Source: Bacteroidetes bacterium CG2_30_32_10 (GTDB taxonomy: Bacteria; Bacteroidota; Bacteroidia; Bacteroidales; CG2-30-32-10). Taken from it: a stretch of DNA of 33,719 nt. A model generated the notes under the pieces. The model saw only the letters and a program-made list of their open reading frames with translations, ran no database searches and had not been told where the DNA came from. The stretch spans positions 1 to 33,719 of the forward strand of contig MNXO01000012.1 in assembly GCA_001872995.1 (NCBI GenBank), written 5' to 3'. The stretch's first letter is position 1. The number at the start of each line of letters is the position of its first letter. Positions 7,973 through 17,777 of the stretch are shown piece after piece. The translations under genes and the position numbers were made by a program.

Positions 7973-9382
7973 TTATAGTTTACTTAAATCAATATTAAAC
8001 TGTGTGGGCGACTTGGAGTTACAATGCATAACGCATTGGTCGCAAACTGAAAGTTCGCCTCTCAGGCGTTTAGAAACCATATTACCCAAACGTACCCTTA
8101 GTGCTTCGATAGGAATTTTATTAATTACCTCATCCGCAAAAGCATACATCAACAACATTCTTGCACAATCTTCGCCCAAGCCACGCGACCGAAGATAAAA
8201 CATGGCTTCATTATCTAATTGCCCCACGGTAGCTCCATGGCTGCACTTTACATCATCGGCATATATTTCTAAATGCGGCTTGGTATTGATGGTCGCTTCA
8301 TCGGTTAGCAAAATATTTTTATTTGCTTGAAAAGCATTTGTTTTTTGAGCATCTCTTCGCACCATAACTTTGCCACTGAATACTGCTTTGGCTTTATCAT
8401 CAAGAATGCCTTTATACAACTCTTTACTATTGCTATTGGGAAGTAGATGGTCTACAAACGTATGATTATCGACAAACTGGGTTTTGTCTGCCAAATAAAT
8501 TCCATATAAATTGGCTTCGCAACCTTCTCCGTTTAACGAAATATCAAGGTCGTTTCTAATAAAGCCTGAGTTTAAAGTAAGCACATTAGAGGTAAGCATC
8601 GCATAATTCTTTTGCTCCACAAAAGTAGTATTAAGTAGCGTTGAGTTTTTACCTTTATTTTGCACCCGAATGTGGTTTAATTGGGCATTCTCATCAATTA
8701 GAATTTCGGTTACCGCATTTGAGAAACTATTCGTTTGCGTAAGCGAGTGGTCGCAGGAAACCAAAGTAATGCTGCTGTTTTTTTCAACTATAAACAAGTT
8801 TCTAGGTTGCACAAACACCTCTTCGGTAGTATTGATGATGTTAATAATTTGAATGGCTTGCTCAACTATTATATTTTGTGGCACATAAATAAAAATGCCA
8901 TCTTGAGCAAAAGCGGTATTGAGCGCAACAAAACCATTTTTATCATTCTTGGCATATTTATTAAAATGTTTTTCAATAATTTCGGGATATTCTTCAAGGG
9001 CTTTTTCGAAACTGCCGATAATAGTCCCATTATCAAGTTTTGTTAATGGAGTATGCTTATAGATATATCTCCCATTGAAAAGTACTACCACAAAGGTATC
9101 TAAATCGGGTACTTCACACTGAAAAATACTTTCTATATCAACATCTATTGGTTTTGTTTGTAAATGATGTTGGTATTCTGCTTTTAAATAAGGCTCTATA
9201 TTGGTTAAACGCCATTCTTCTAACTTGGTATGAGGAAAACCTATTTCATTGAATTTTGCAATGGCATTATTTTTAATATCAATCATTGACTTGCTGTTGT
9301 TTTTAAACAGCAATTGCTTGTTTTTTTCAAATAAGGCAAGCATTTTGTCCTTAAGGGAAATATCTATTGTAATTTGTTCCAT
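7973..9382 (-). CDS. sufD: Fe-S cluster assembly protein SufD
   Basis: EEWRLT, YKGILD, PHLEIYADDVKCSHGATVG, FYLRSRG. Confidence 0.96.
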   Translation of the reverse strand: MEQITIDISLKDKMLALFEKNKQLLFKNNSKSMIDIKNNAIAKFNEIGFPHTKLEEWRLTNIEPYLKAEYQHHLQTKPIDVDIESIFQCEVPDLDTFVVVLFNGRYIYKHTPLTKLDNGTIIGSFEKALEEYPEIIEKHFNKYAKNDKNGFVALNTAFAQDGIFIYVPQNIIVEQAIQIINIINTTEEVFVQPRNLFIVEKNSSITLVSCDHSLTQTNSFSNAVTEILIDENAQLNHIRVQNKGKNSTLLNTTFVEQKNYAMLTSNVLTLNSGFIRNDLDISLNGEGCEANLYGIYLADKTQFVDNHTFVDHLLPNSNSKELYKGILDDKAKAVFSGKVMVRRDAQKTNAFQANKNILLTDEATINTKPHLEIYADDVKCSHGATVGQLDNEAMFYLRSRGLGEDCARMLLMYAFADEVINKIPIEALRVRLGNMVSKRLRGELSVCDQCVMHCNSKSPTQFNIDLSKL

Positions 9383-9393
9383 ACTTTTAATGA

Positions 9394-10158
9394 TTAAATA
9401 CTTGCATTGGCTTCTAACTCTTGTTTAATCCAATCGTACCCTTTTTCTTCCAATTCAATGGCAAGGTGTTTGTCGCCCGATTTCACAATTTTTCCATCGT
9501 ACATTACATGCACGAAGTCTGGTACAATATAATCTAACAAGCGTTGATAGTGGGTAATCACTACGGTCGCATTGTCTTTAGTTCTGAGCTTGTTAACGCC
9601 ATTGGCAACAATACGCAAGGCATCAATATCGAGACCCGAATCTGTTTCGTCGAGAATAGAAAGGGTAGGATTGAGCATAGCCATTTGGAAAATTTCATTT
9701 TTCTTTTTTTCTCCACCCGAAAAACCTTCGTTCACGGAACGATTGTTTAATTTTGATTGAATCTCCACCAATTTTTTCTTTTCTTCCATCAATTTCAAGA
9801 AATCGGCACCTCCAATAGGTTCTAAACCTTTGTATTTGCGAATTTCGTTTACGGCAGTTTTCATAAAATTAGCCATACTAACCCCAGGAATTTCGACAGG
9901 ATATTGAAAACCTAAGAAAATACCTTCTCTTGCTCTTGTTTCGGGGGGTAAATCGAGTAAATTCTTACCTTTGTAAAGAATTTCTCCTTCGGTAACTTCA
10001 AAAATATCGCGACCAGCAATTACGGAAGCAAGTGTACTTTTGCCAGTGCCGTTGGGACCCATAATGGCATGCACTTCACCCGCTTTTACTTCTAAATTAA
10101 AATCTTTTAAAATTTCTTTTTGGTTGATAGATACGCGTAAATGTTTTATTTGTAACAT
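9394..10158 (-). CDS. sufC: Fe-S cluster assembly ATPase SufC
   Basis: Walker A GPNGTGKS, FQYPVEIPGV, VNEGFSGGEKK, ILDETDSGLDIDAL, ITHYQR. Confidence 0.98.
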   Translation of the reverse strand: MLQIKHLRVSINQKEILKDFNLEVKAGEVHAIMGPNGTGKSTLASVIAGRDIFEVTEGEILYKGKNLLDLPPETRAREGIFLGFQYPVEIPGVSMANFMKTAVNEIRKYKGLEPIGGADFLKLMEEKKKLVEIQSKLNNRSVNEGFSGGEKKKNEIFQMAMLNPTLSILDETDSGLDIDALRIVANGVNKLRTKDNATVVITHYQRLLDYIVPDFVHVMYDGKIVKSGDKHLAIELEEKGYDWIKQELEANASI

Positions 10159-10183
10159 AAATAATTTTTTTTAAATGAATGAA

Positions 10184-11632
10184 TTAACCTACACTGCCTT
10201 CGAGGCTAATGGATAATAATTTTTGAGCTTCTACGGCAAATTCCATAGGTAGTTTATTTAATACTTCTTTGGCGTAGCCATTTACAATTAAACTAATAGC
10301 ACTCTCGTTGTCAATGCCACGTTGTAAACAATAAAACAACTGGTCTTCAGAAATTTTGGAAGTAGTGGCTTCGTGTTCGACAATAGAAGATTTGTTGTTG
10401 GTTTCTATGTAAGGGAATGTATGAGCTCCACACTTATCGCCCAACAATAAAGAGTCGCATTGGGTATAGTTTCGCGAATTGATAGCGTTTTTAGAAACTT
10501 TAATTAATCCACGATAAGAATTATTGCTTTTGCCAGCCGAAATACCTTTTGATATAACGGTGCTTTTGGTGTTTTTACCCAAATGAATCATTTTAGTTCC
10601 AGTATCCGCCTGTTGATAATTGTTAGTAACTGCCACTGAATAAAACTCACCCACCGAATTGTCGCCTTTGAGGATAAGACTAGGGTATTTCCAAGTAATG
10701 GCAGAACCTGTTTCAACCTGTGTCCACGATATTTTAGAATTATGCCCTTTGCAAAAACCTCGTTTGGTAACAAAATTATAAATACCCCCATCACCGTTTT
10801 TATTACCGGGATACCAATTTTGAACGGTTGAATATTTTACTTCCGCATTGTCGTGTGCAATGATTTCAACAATGGCGGCATGCAATTGATTTTCGTCACG
10901 CATAGGCGCTGTGCAACCTTCCATATAACTAACATAGCTGCCTTCGTCTGCAATAATCAAAGTGCGTTCAAATTGACCGCTATTGGCTGCGTTAATTCTA
11001 AAATAGGTGGATAACTCAATAGGACATCGAACACCAGGTGGAATGTAGCAAAAAGAACCATCGCTAAAGACTGCCGAATTTAAAGCAGCAAAAAAATTGT
11101 CGGTATAAGGCACTACTGAACCCATATATTTTTTAACTAAATCGGGATGCTCTTTCACTGCTTCGCTATAAGAACAAAAGATAATTCCTTTTTCGGAAAG
11201 CGTTTCTTTGAAGGTAGTTTTCACCGAAATGCTATCAACCACAGCATCAACCGCAACCCCAGAAAACAGTTTTTGTTCTTCTAAAGAAATGCCGAGTTTA
11301 TTGAATGTTTTAAGCAATTCGGGGTCCACTTCATCTAAACTATTGAGCGTTTGTTGTTTTTTGGGAGCGGCATAAAAAATAATATTTTGATAATCGATGG
11401 GAGGGTGATGCAAATGTGCCCAAGTGGGTTCTGTAAGCGTGAGCCAATGACGATAAGCCTTTAAGCGAAATTCGAGCATAAACTCGGGTTCATTCTTTTT
11501 GGCAGAAATATATCGAACGGTATCTTCTGATAAACCGATGGGGGAGGTTTCTGTTTCTATATCGGTAACAAAACCATATTTATAATCACCTTGGGTAAGT
11601 TCTTGTATGATATTGTTTTTGTCGTTTTCCAT
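10184..11632 (-). CDS. sufB: Fe-S cluster assembly protein SufB
   Basis: [66 protein letters not shown]. Confidence 0.98.
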   Translation of the reverse strand: MENDKNNIIQELTQGDYKYGFVTDIETETSPIGLSEDTVRYISAKKNEPEFMLEFRLKAYRHWLTLTEPTWAHLHHPPIDYQNIIFYAAPKKQQTLNSLDEVDPELLKTFNKLGISLEEQKLFSGVAVDAVVDSISVKTTFKETLSEKGIIFCSYSEAVKEHPDLVKKYMGSVVPYTDNFFAALNSAVFSDGSFCYIPPGVRCPIELSTYFRINAANSGQFERTLIIADEGSYVSYMEGCTAPMRDENQLHAAIVEIIAHDNAEVKYSTVQNWYPGNKNGDGGIYNFVTKRGFCKGHNSKISWTQVETGSAITWKYPSLILKGDNSVGEFYSVAVTNNYQQADTGTKMIHLGKNTKSTVISKGISAGKSNNSYRGLIKVSKNAINSRNYTQCDSLLLGDKCGAHTFPYIETNNKSSIVEHEATTSKISEDQLFYCLQRGIDNESAISLIVNGYAKEVLNKLPMEFAVEAQKLLSISLEGSVG

Positions 11633-11653
11633 GATAAATAAATCAATTGTCGT

Positions 11654-11688
11654 TTATTTAGATTAAATATAAATAATATGCAAAAATA
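11654..11688 (-). promoter_or_regulatory. suf promoter: -7 element plus adjacent AT-rich palindrome (candidate Fur-like operator)
   Basis: TATTTTTG on the minus strand at 11681-11688; 11-1-11 palindrome TTATTTAGATT-A-AATATAAATAA (one mismatch) at 11654-11676, between it and the sufB start. Confidence 0.6.
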
Positions 11689-11919
11689 ATTAAATCGTAT
11701 GGAATATCCCAATAAAAAAAATAAATATTTTTAAACGTTCTTAAAAAAAAAGACCTCAAACAAAGAATTATTAAAGAGTTCCAAAATGGATAGTCCTAAT
11801 TGGCAATTTGGGATAAAATATAATAACAATTGAAATCCATGAGTTTAGCCTCCTAGTCTAATGCCTAAGCAACTGAATAGTAAAAGAGATGGTATAAAAA
11901 TTAATTTGGGGGAGTCTAT

Positions 11920-12819
11920 CTATTTATTGTTTAAGGGAGCTAATGCAGCTTGCAAAACGTGATAATCGCTGGCATCATACACAAAAGCTACAATTGATAA
12001 ATTGTCTTTTTTCCAATCGCTTTTCAGCGTTAGTGTATATGAATTATTAAATGTATCTCCTATCTTAATTGAAGCATTCCCAATAGTAGTTCCCCAAGTT
12101 GAGTTAACAACGCTTCTTAAAACGTGCATGTGAACATAATCAATGATATCGGGGGTGCTACCAATGCTTGGGTCGCTGTTTTTTTGTGGTTTAATAATAC
12201 TATCTTCCATAATGCACACACATAGCTTATAATTGCCCGTTAATGCAATATTGAACTTTGTATTAACTCTTGTAGTATAATTGCTTGTAGTTGTATTATA
12301 ATAGTTTTTAACATTAATAATTGCTTCTGGAGATGTAGTTACAATACTTGCAATTTTACCATCCCACGAACCATAAGCATTAACAAAGCTTCCATTATAT
12401 TTTGTTCTATTTATTAAACCAGCAGGGTATCCAGTGATACTCCATACGGCATTCCATTCATCAACAGTTGGCAATACTCTAAAGTCATAAGTATAATCAC
12501 CAGAGGAAGCGGGTGCTGCAAAAGTACCTTGATGGACCGCCAAAACCACTAATTGATTGCCGTATTTTTGCAATAATTCGTGTGCTTTCACATGGGCTTT
12601 AGGGCAATTTACGCAAGTGTGTCCAGTATAATCTTCTAACAATACAACTCTTTTATCTATAGTATCTGTAATGGTATTTCCTGTTAAAACACCTGTTGTA
12701 TCTATAATTACTGATTGTTGTTTTTTGTAAGGTTCGTCAATTTTACTACAGGCGAAAAATGAAAATGCAATTACCAATGTTAGTAATAGTAATTTGCTTA
12801 TTTTAATTATGTTTTTCAT
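11920..12819 (-). CDS. Omp28-related outer-membrane lipoprotein with thioredoxin-like CxxC
   Basis: Lipobox FSFFAC; VLLEDYTGHTCVNCP; GYPAGLINR; YVHMHVLR; C-terminal IVAFVYD...VLQA. Confidence 0.85.
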   Translation of the reverse strand: MKNIIKISKLLLLTLVIAFSFFACSKIDEPYKKQQSVIIDTTGVLTGNTITDTIDKRVVLLEDYTGHTCVNCPKAHVKAHELLQKYGNQLVVLAVHQGTFAAPASSGDYTYDFRVLPTVDEWNAVWSITGYPAGLINRTKYNGSFVNAYGSWDGKIASIVTTSPEAIINVKNYYNTTTSNYTTRVNTKFNIALTGNYKLCVCIMEDSIIKPQKNSDPSIGSTPDIIDYVHMHVLRSVVNSTWGTTIGNASIKIGDTFNNSYTLTLKSDWKKDNLSIVAFVYDASDYHVLQAALAPLNNK

Positions 12820-12837
12820 AGATTATAATTTTAAAAA

Positions 12838-14505
12838 TTAAAAACTACTTGTAATAGTTAATGAAATTCCATTAGAAGCAGGAACTTGCCTACATACACC
12901 GCCAACACAGGTTATGCCTTGTCGTTGTTTGCCATAAGATAATGCAAAACGATTGGTGCCTTTGGTAAATCCAAAAGCAGCATTATAATAATGAAAGCGT
13001 CTTTTGGTGTCAGGATTGTCGTAATTATATAAATCGGCAACAGAAAAAAACCATTTTGGAGCTATGGTATATTCTAACAAACACATCGCCCAATCGTGTT
13101 CATCTTGTTTTGCCATTAGGCTATGCAATTCCATACGTAGTGTATTTGTAGTATTAAATTTATAAGATATATCTAGCACTACAATATTTGCAAATATTGT
13201 TGGAGCACCAGGATGTCCTTCAATAATGTCTTTATTGTATGTAATATATGCATAAGTTAATATCGCTTTAATGCTTTTAGAAAATTTTCGGTTAATTTCA
13301 ATGTTAAAATCTTCAAAATACTTTTTATCTCCCATTTTAAAGAAATCTGATTTATAACCCAAAGTGCCATCGGTTCCAATAGCAATTGTATCATTTAATT
13401 TTTGCTTATCAATAGAGTTGGCTAATGAATAATTTACAGAAACTTTGGTTCCATAAGAACCACCAAGCCAAGAGTCTTTTTTTATGTTGTACATAATACT
13501 TCCTTCATAACCAATTTCGCCATTAGGTTGTGTTCCATAAGGATACATGGCGGTTAAGGTATAAGCATGTTGTTTGGTAAGAGCAGGTAGATAATTAATA
13601 ATTAATACATTACCAACTTCGTTTCTGTCAGAACGAAAGTCCATATTGTCAATTCTTTTGGCAGAAAGGATAACTCCCAAGCCTTTTTGTGAATAACTTG
13701 TAGAAACAAACAAACCTTCTCCATGTTTATAAATCATATTATTACTGGCATTCGGGTCGTTGATTTTATAAGCATATTCGCCCATTATACCAAAACCACT
13801 TCGGGTAATATTTAATCTTCCAGCATAAGCTCCTACATTTTCGGGTAAATTATAAACAGGGTCTGAGCTAGGCTGATATTTACTAACAAAACTTCCTCCA
13901 ATTGTATATTTAGTTTTCATAGCATCCAAACCAAATATATCATTAATAAAGAAATTGCCATCAAAACCTCTTACAATACCTACTCCTTTATCGAAAAAGA
14001 AACGCTGATTACCAATAAGTCCTTTTAATTCTATTCCTTTATAAGGTTTGTATTTCACATGTATTCCATCCATGGCATTATCGTAGCCTAAACTTCTTTC
14101 TTCGTAAGTTCTAAATACCATTCCACTACCAAATTGGTCATAAAAATTACCCACCGTAACTTGTAACCCATCATTTGTATAAGAGGCAAAACGATATGGT
14201 ATACCATTACCTTTATATCTTGGATCAAAGCCTAACATAGCATTTTGATAACTTTCGAAACGAATACCCGCATTAAAATTACCATTGGAATAAATAATAT
14301 TTGCAAAACCATTCATCAACAATTTTTCTGGCACATTTGGAGCGCCAATTAGACTATCTTTCAAATAATATTGAGCATCCATTTGAAAATTTCCGTGTAT
14401 TTGCCCACCACCAATAGTTTGTGATTTTGCAAATATTGGAGAAAGAACCACTGATAAAATAAAAATCGTATAAACTTTTCTGAAATAATTTTTCATAGTC
14501 ATCAT
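12838..14505 (-). CDS. Outer-membrane beta-barrel protein, DUF6029-like
   Basis: Signal peptide; TVGNFYDQFGSG...R; INYLPALTKQH; C-terminal YGKQRQGITCVGGVCRQVPASNG; terminal Phe. Family recognised from memory. Confidence 0.75.
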   Translation of the reverse strand: MMTMKNYFRKVYTIFILSVVLSPIFAKSQTIGGGQIHGNFQMDAQYYLKDSLIGAPNVPEKLLMNGFANIIYSNGNFNAGIRFESYQNAMLGFDPRYKGNGIPYRFASYTNDGLQVTVGNFYDQFGSGMVFRTYEERSLGYDNAMDGIHVKYKPYKGIELKGLIGNQRFFFDKGVGIVRGFDGNFFINDIFGLDAMKTKYTIGGSFVSKYQPSSDPVYNLPENVGAYAGRLNITRSGFGIMGEYAYKINDPNASNNMIYKHGEGLFVSTSYSQKGLGVILSAKRIDNMDFRSDRNEVGNVLIINYLPALTKQHAYTLTAMYPYGTQPNGEIGYEGSIMYNIKKDSWLGGSYGTKVSVNYSLANSIDKQKLNDTIAIGTDGTLGYKSDFFKMGDKKYFEDFNIEINRKFSKSIKAILTYAYITYNKDIIEGHPGAPTIFANIVVLDISYKFNTTNTLRMELHSLMAKQDEHDWAMCLLEYTIAPKWFFSVADLYNYDNPDTKRRFHYYNAAFGFTKGTNRFALSYGKQRQGITCVGGVCRQVPASNGISLTITSSF

Positions 14506-14521
14506 ATTTAATGGTAGTATT

Positions 14522-15043
14522 TTACTTAATATCTTCGCCTTTGATTATTTTTCTTACGATATCAATTATTTCAAGTTCTCCACCGTCTGAAAAAGAGGTG
14601 TGTTGCCAAACAATTTCTTTTTTTCCATTAAGAATGAACATATGGGGAACTAAATTTACATTCATCGCTCTTTTAAAGTCTTGATTTGGGTCGAGCAATA
14701 TTTCGAAATCCCAACTATTTCCATTTGCTAGTGGTTTCACTTTGTCAGAAGAACGAGAATCGTCAATAGAAACAGCAATTAGTTTTACACCAGTTTCTTG
14801 TTGCCAGTCAGCATATACATCCGCAATTGTATTGAGCTCTTTGCAGCACGGTTTGCACCAAGTAGCCCAAAAACTAATGATAATTGGTTTCCCATTGTTT
14901 TCAATTTGACTACTGTTGAATGTATTGCCCTCAATCGTTTTTAGGTCAACAGAAGGTATTTGAGCAAGCTTTTTCTCAGTATCTTGAGAATATACTGCCA
15001 TTACTAACATTGAAATCAATAGCATTAAACCGATTTTTTTCAT
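14522..15043 (-). CDS. TlpA-family thiol-disulfide oxidoreductase, exported
   Basis: Signal peptide; IISFWATWCKPCCKEL; AVSID; cis-Pro loop LVPH. Confidence 0.92.
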   Translation of the reverse strand: MKKIGLMLLISMLVMAVYSQDTEKKLAQIPSVDLKTIEGNTFNSSQIENNGKPIIISFWATWCKPCCKELNTIADVYADWQQETGVKLIAVSIDDSRSSDKVKPLANGNSWDFEILLDPNQDFKRAMNVNLVPHMFILNGKKEIVWQHTSFSDGGELEIIDIVRKIIKGEDIK

Positions 15044-15118
15044 AATAATTTTTTTTAAGTTTTAAATGATTGTTGCAATAATTACACCATTTTTAAGAAA
15101 AAGGAAATTTATGAGTTG

Positions 15119-15126
15119 CAAATATA
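15119..15126 (-). promoter_or_regulatory. -7 promoter element for the tlpA operon
   Basis: TATATTTG(CA) on the minus strand, ~75 bp upstream of the start. Confidence 0.55.
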
Positions 15127-15167
15127 AAAAATAAACAATCATACATCAAAACATTTTTATATATAAA

Positions 15168-15851
15168 TTAATTAATATGTTGATAAAAATTAATTGATAA
15201 CTCTTCCTTTAAAATAGAAGGTTGTTCGATTTCAGATGGTTCGGGTTCAATTTCATCATCTTGTTCTTCTTCCCATTCGTATTTCTTACTTTGAGGTCCT
15301 TGATGACGGTAAAACCAAGCAATTACAACTCCTGCAATCAATCCCATTAAATGCGATTCCCAAGAAACTTGTTCTTTCATTGGGAAAATGCCCCAAACCA
15401 TTCCTCCATAAAGAAAAATAATAAGCATAGAGATCGCCATTAATTTCCCATCACGCCTAAGAACGCCACTACAAAACAAAAATGAGGCATAACCATAAAT
15501 AATACCACTTGCTCCTATATGATAGGCATCTCTTGCAATAATCCACACCCATAATCCTGTTAAAATATATATCATTATTGAAACTTTTATTGCTACTTCT
15601 CGATAAAAATAAAAGATCCCCCAGCTAAGTAAAAATAAAGGGGCGGAGTTAGCCAAGAGGTGCGAAAAGCTTGCGTGTATGAGAGGAGCTGTAATAATAC
15701 CAATCAAACCTCTTGCTTGTAGAGGCAATATTCCATAATCGGAAAAATCTAAATGAAAAACATATTCTATCAGTTTGATTAGCCAGATGATAGTTAAAAA
15801 GCAAAACGGGAAAATCAATGAATTTAATACTTTTTTATTTTCCTCTTTCAT
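15168..15851 (-). CDS. Rhomboid-family intramembrane serine protease
   Basis: Several TM segments; HASFSHLLAN; HIGASG (catalytic Ser); SWESHLMG (catalytic His); acidic tail. Confidence 0.93.
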   Translation of the reverse strand: MKEENKKVLNSLIFPFCFLTIIWLIKLIEYVFHLDFSDYGILPLQARGLIGIITAPLIHASFSHLLANSAPLFLLSWGIFYFYREVAIKVSIMIYILTGLWVWIIARDAYHIGASGIIYGYASFLFCSGVLRRDGKLMAISMLIIFLYGGMVWGIFPMKEQVSWESHLMGLIAGVVIAWFYRHQGPQSKKYEWEEEQDDEIEPEPSEIEQPSILKEELSINFYQHIN

Positions 15852-16001
15852 TTAAAGATTATTTTAAAAAAAACCTAATAATAAATATATTTACAAAGCC
15901 TTTTCATAAAAATTGTTAAATATATCTACTGTTTGAGCAAAGTAAATCAATTTTATTGTAATTTTACCATTCTTTAACAAGTAAAAATAAAATCTTAAAA
16001 T

Positions 16002-17759
16002 ATGAATACTAAAATAAGCAATATGAAGCGATTTCTAACTTTTTTTCTTGTAATATGTTTTGTTTTATCTATAAACATAGTCAAAGCTCAAAACAATAAA
16101 TCAGAGCAAAACAATGCTGAAAAAAGAAAAGCTCAAAACGATAATGAATTTGATAATAGTAAAAATAAAAGTAACAATCCTATTGCTCCTAATAAGGATA
16201 TCAAATATATTGATAATAATTATAGCAATAAAAGCGACATATCAGATTTAAGTAATAAATTTTCTTCTGCACTTCAGATAATCAATTTATCTTATGTTGA
16301 TACTGTTAATGAAAACAAGCTTGTAGAAACTGCAATTATTAAAATGCTTGAAGAACTTGACCCACATTCTGTTTACATTAGTGCAGCAGAATTAAAAGCT
16401 GCAAATGAACCTTTAGAAGGCAATTTCGAAGGTGTAGGCATACAGTTTCAGATAATAAAAGACACAATAGAAGTGGTGGCAACTATTGCAGGCGGTCCTT
16501 CAGAAAAAGTGGGTGTGATGCCTGGCGATAAAATAGTGATGATTGATAAAGAAAGTGCTACTGGCAAAAAAATTTCCAATGATTATGTCCTGAAAAAACT
16601 TAGAGGAAAGAAAAACACTAGAGTAAATATTATGATTTTTCGCAGAGGAGTTAAAGAGTTACTCGATTTTACTATAACAAGAGATGTAATTCCTTTGAAA
16701 AGCATTGATGCTACCTTTATGGCAACTGATAATATTGGTTATATTAAGTTAGATCGTTTTGCACAATCATCTATCTTAGAATTTAACCAATCGCTTACCG
16801 AATTGAAAAAGAAAGGAATGAAAAGCCTTATTCTCGATTTAAGAGGTAATTCTGGTGGTTACCTTAATACAGCCATTGATTTAGCTGATGAATTTTTACC
16901 CAAAGGGAAATTAATTGTTTATACAGAAGGAGTTCATAGTCAACGAATCAATTATAATGACAAATACAAAGGAGACTTTGAAGATGGAAAATTGGTTGTA
17001 TTAATTGACGAAGGTTCTGCTTCTGCTAGCGAAATTGTTGCTGGAGCAATTCAAGATTGGGACAGAGGTTTAATTATTGGTCGTCTTTCTTTTGGAAAAG
17101 GGTTAGTTCAAAGACCGTATGATTTACCTGATGGTTCCGTGATTAGATTAACTACAGCCCGTTATCACACACCAACTGGTCGTTGTATTCAACGTCCTTA
17201 TATAAATGGCGTTGATAAATATTACGAAGACCTTGAAGATAGATTTAAAAAAGGAGAACTTTATACTGCTGACAGCATTCATTTTCCTGATTCTCTCAAG
17301 TACTACACTTCCAAAAATAGGGTAGTTTATGGTGGAGGTGGAATTATGCCAGATATTTTTATTCCTATTGACACTACAGAAACTTCTATTTATTATTCTT
17401 CGCTTGTTCGTAAAGGAATTTTAAATCAATTTTCTCTCCAATATGTTGATGACCATAGAAAAAAATTAAAAGAACAATATACAAACCTTGATTATTATGT
17501 AAAAAATTATGTTGTTGAAGAGGAGGTATTTAATCAGCTTGTAGAATATGCAATCAAAGACGGTGTTAAAAAAGATGATAAAGGAATTGAGACTTCTAAA
17601 AATTTAATAAAAAGAGATTTAAAAGGGCTGATAGCAAGAAATCTTTGGGATACAGGTGCTTATATTCAAATATTTATGCAAACAGACAATGCTTATATTA
17701 AAGCTATTGAAGCTATCAATGATTCTAATACATTCAAAAAAAATAAAATTCAGGAATAA
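16002..17759 (+). CDS. S41 C-terminal processing peptidase (CtpA/Prc-like) with PDZ domain
   Basis: LDPHS, FEGVGIQF (PDZ), DLRGNSGG, SASASEIVAGAIQD, FGKGLVQ, LTTARY. The start may be ATG 16023. Confidence 0.95.
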   Translation: MNTKISNMKRFLTFFLVICFVLSINIVKAQNNKSEQNNAEKRKAQNDNEFDNSKNKSNNPIAPNKDIKYIDNNYSNKSDISDLSNKFSSALQIINLSYVDTVNENKLVETAIIKMLEELDPHSVYISAAELKAANEPLEGNFEGVGIQFQIIKDTIEVVATIAGGPSEKVGVMPGDKIVMIDKESATGKKISNDYVLKKLRGKKNTRVNIMIFRRGVKELLDFTITRDVIPLKSIDATFMATDNIGYIKLDRFAQSSILEFNQSLTELKKKGMKSLILDLRGNSGGYLNTAIDLADEFLPKGKLIVYTEGVHSQRINYNDKYKGDFEDGKLVVLIDEGSASASEIVAGAIQDWDRGLIIGRLSFGKGLVQRPYDLPDGSVIRLTTARYHTPTGRCIQRPYINGVDKYYEDLEDRFKKGELYTADSIHFPDSLKYYTSKNRVVYGGGGIMPDIFIPIDTTETSIYYSSLVRKGILNQFSLQYVDDHRKKLKEQYTNLDYYVKNYVVEEEVFNQLVEYAIKDGVKKDDKGIETSKNLIKRDLKGLIARNLWDTGAYIQIFMQTDNAYIKAIEAINDSNTFKKNKIQE

Positions 17760-17777
17760 ATAAAACTCAATTTAATA

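Noticed and set aside
11743-11918. 6S RNA call
   Set aside because: The size fits and the ends pair weakly, but I could not build the long rod with a central bubble by eye; kept only as a weak ncRNA candidate.
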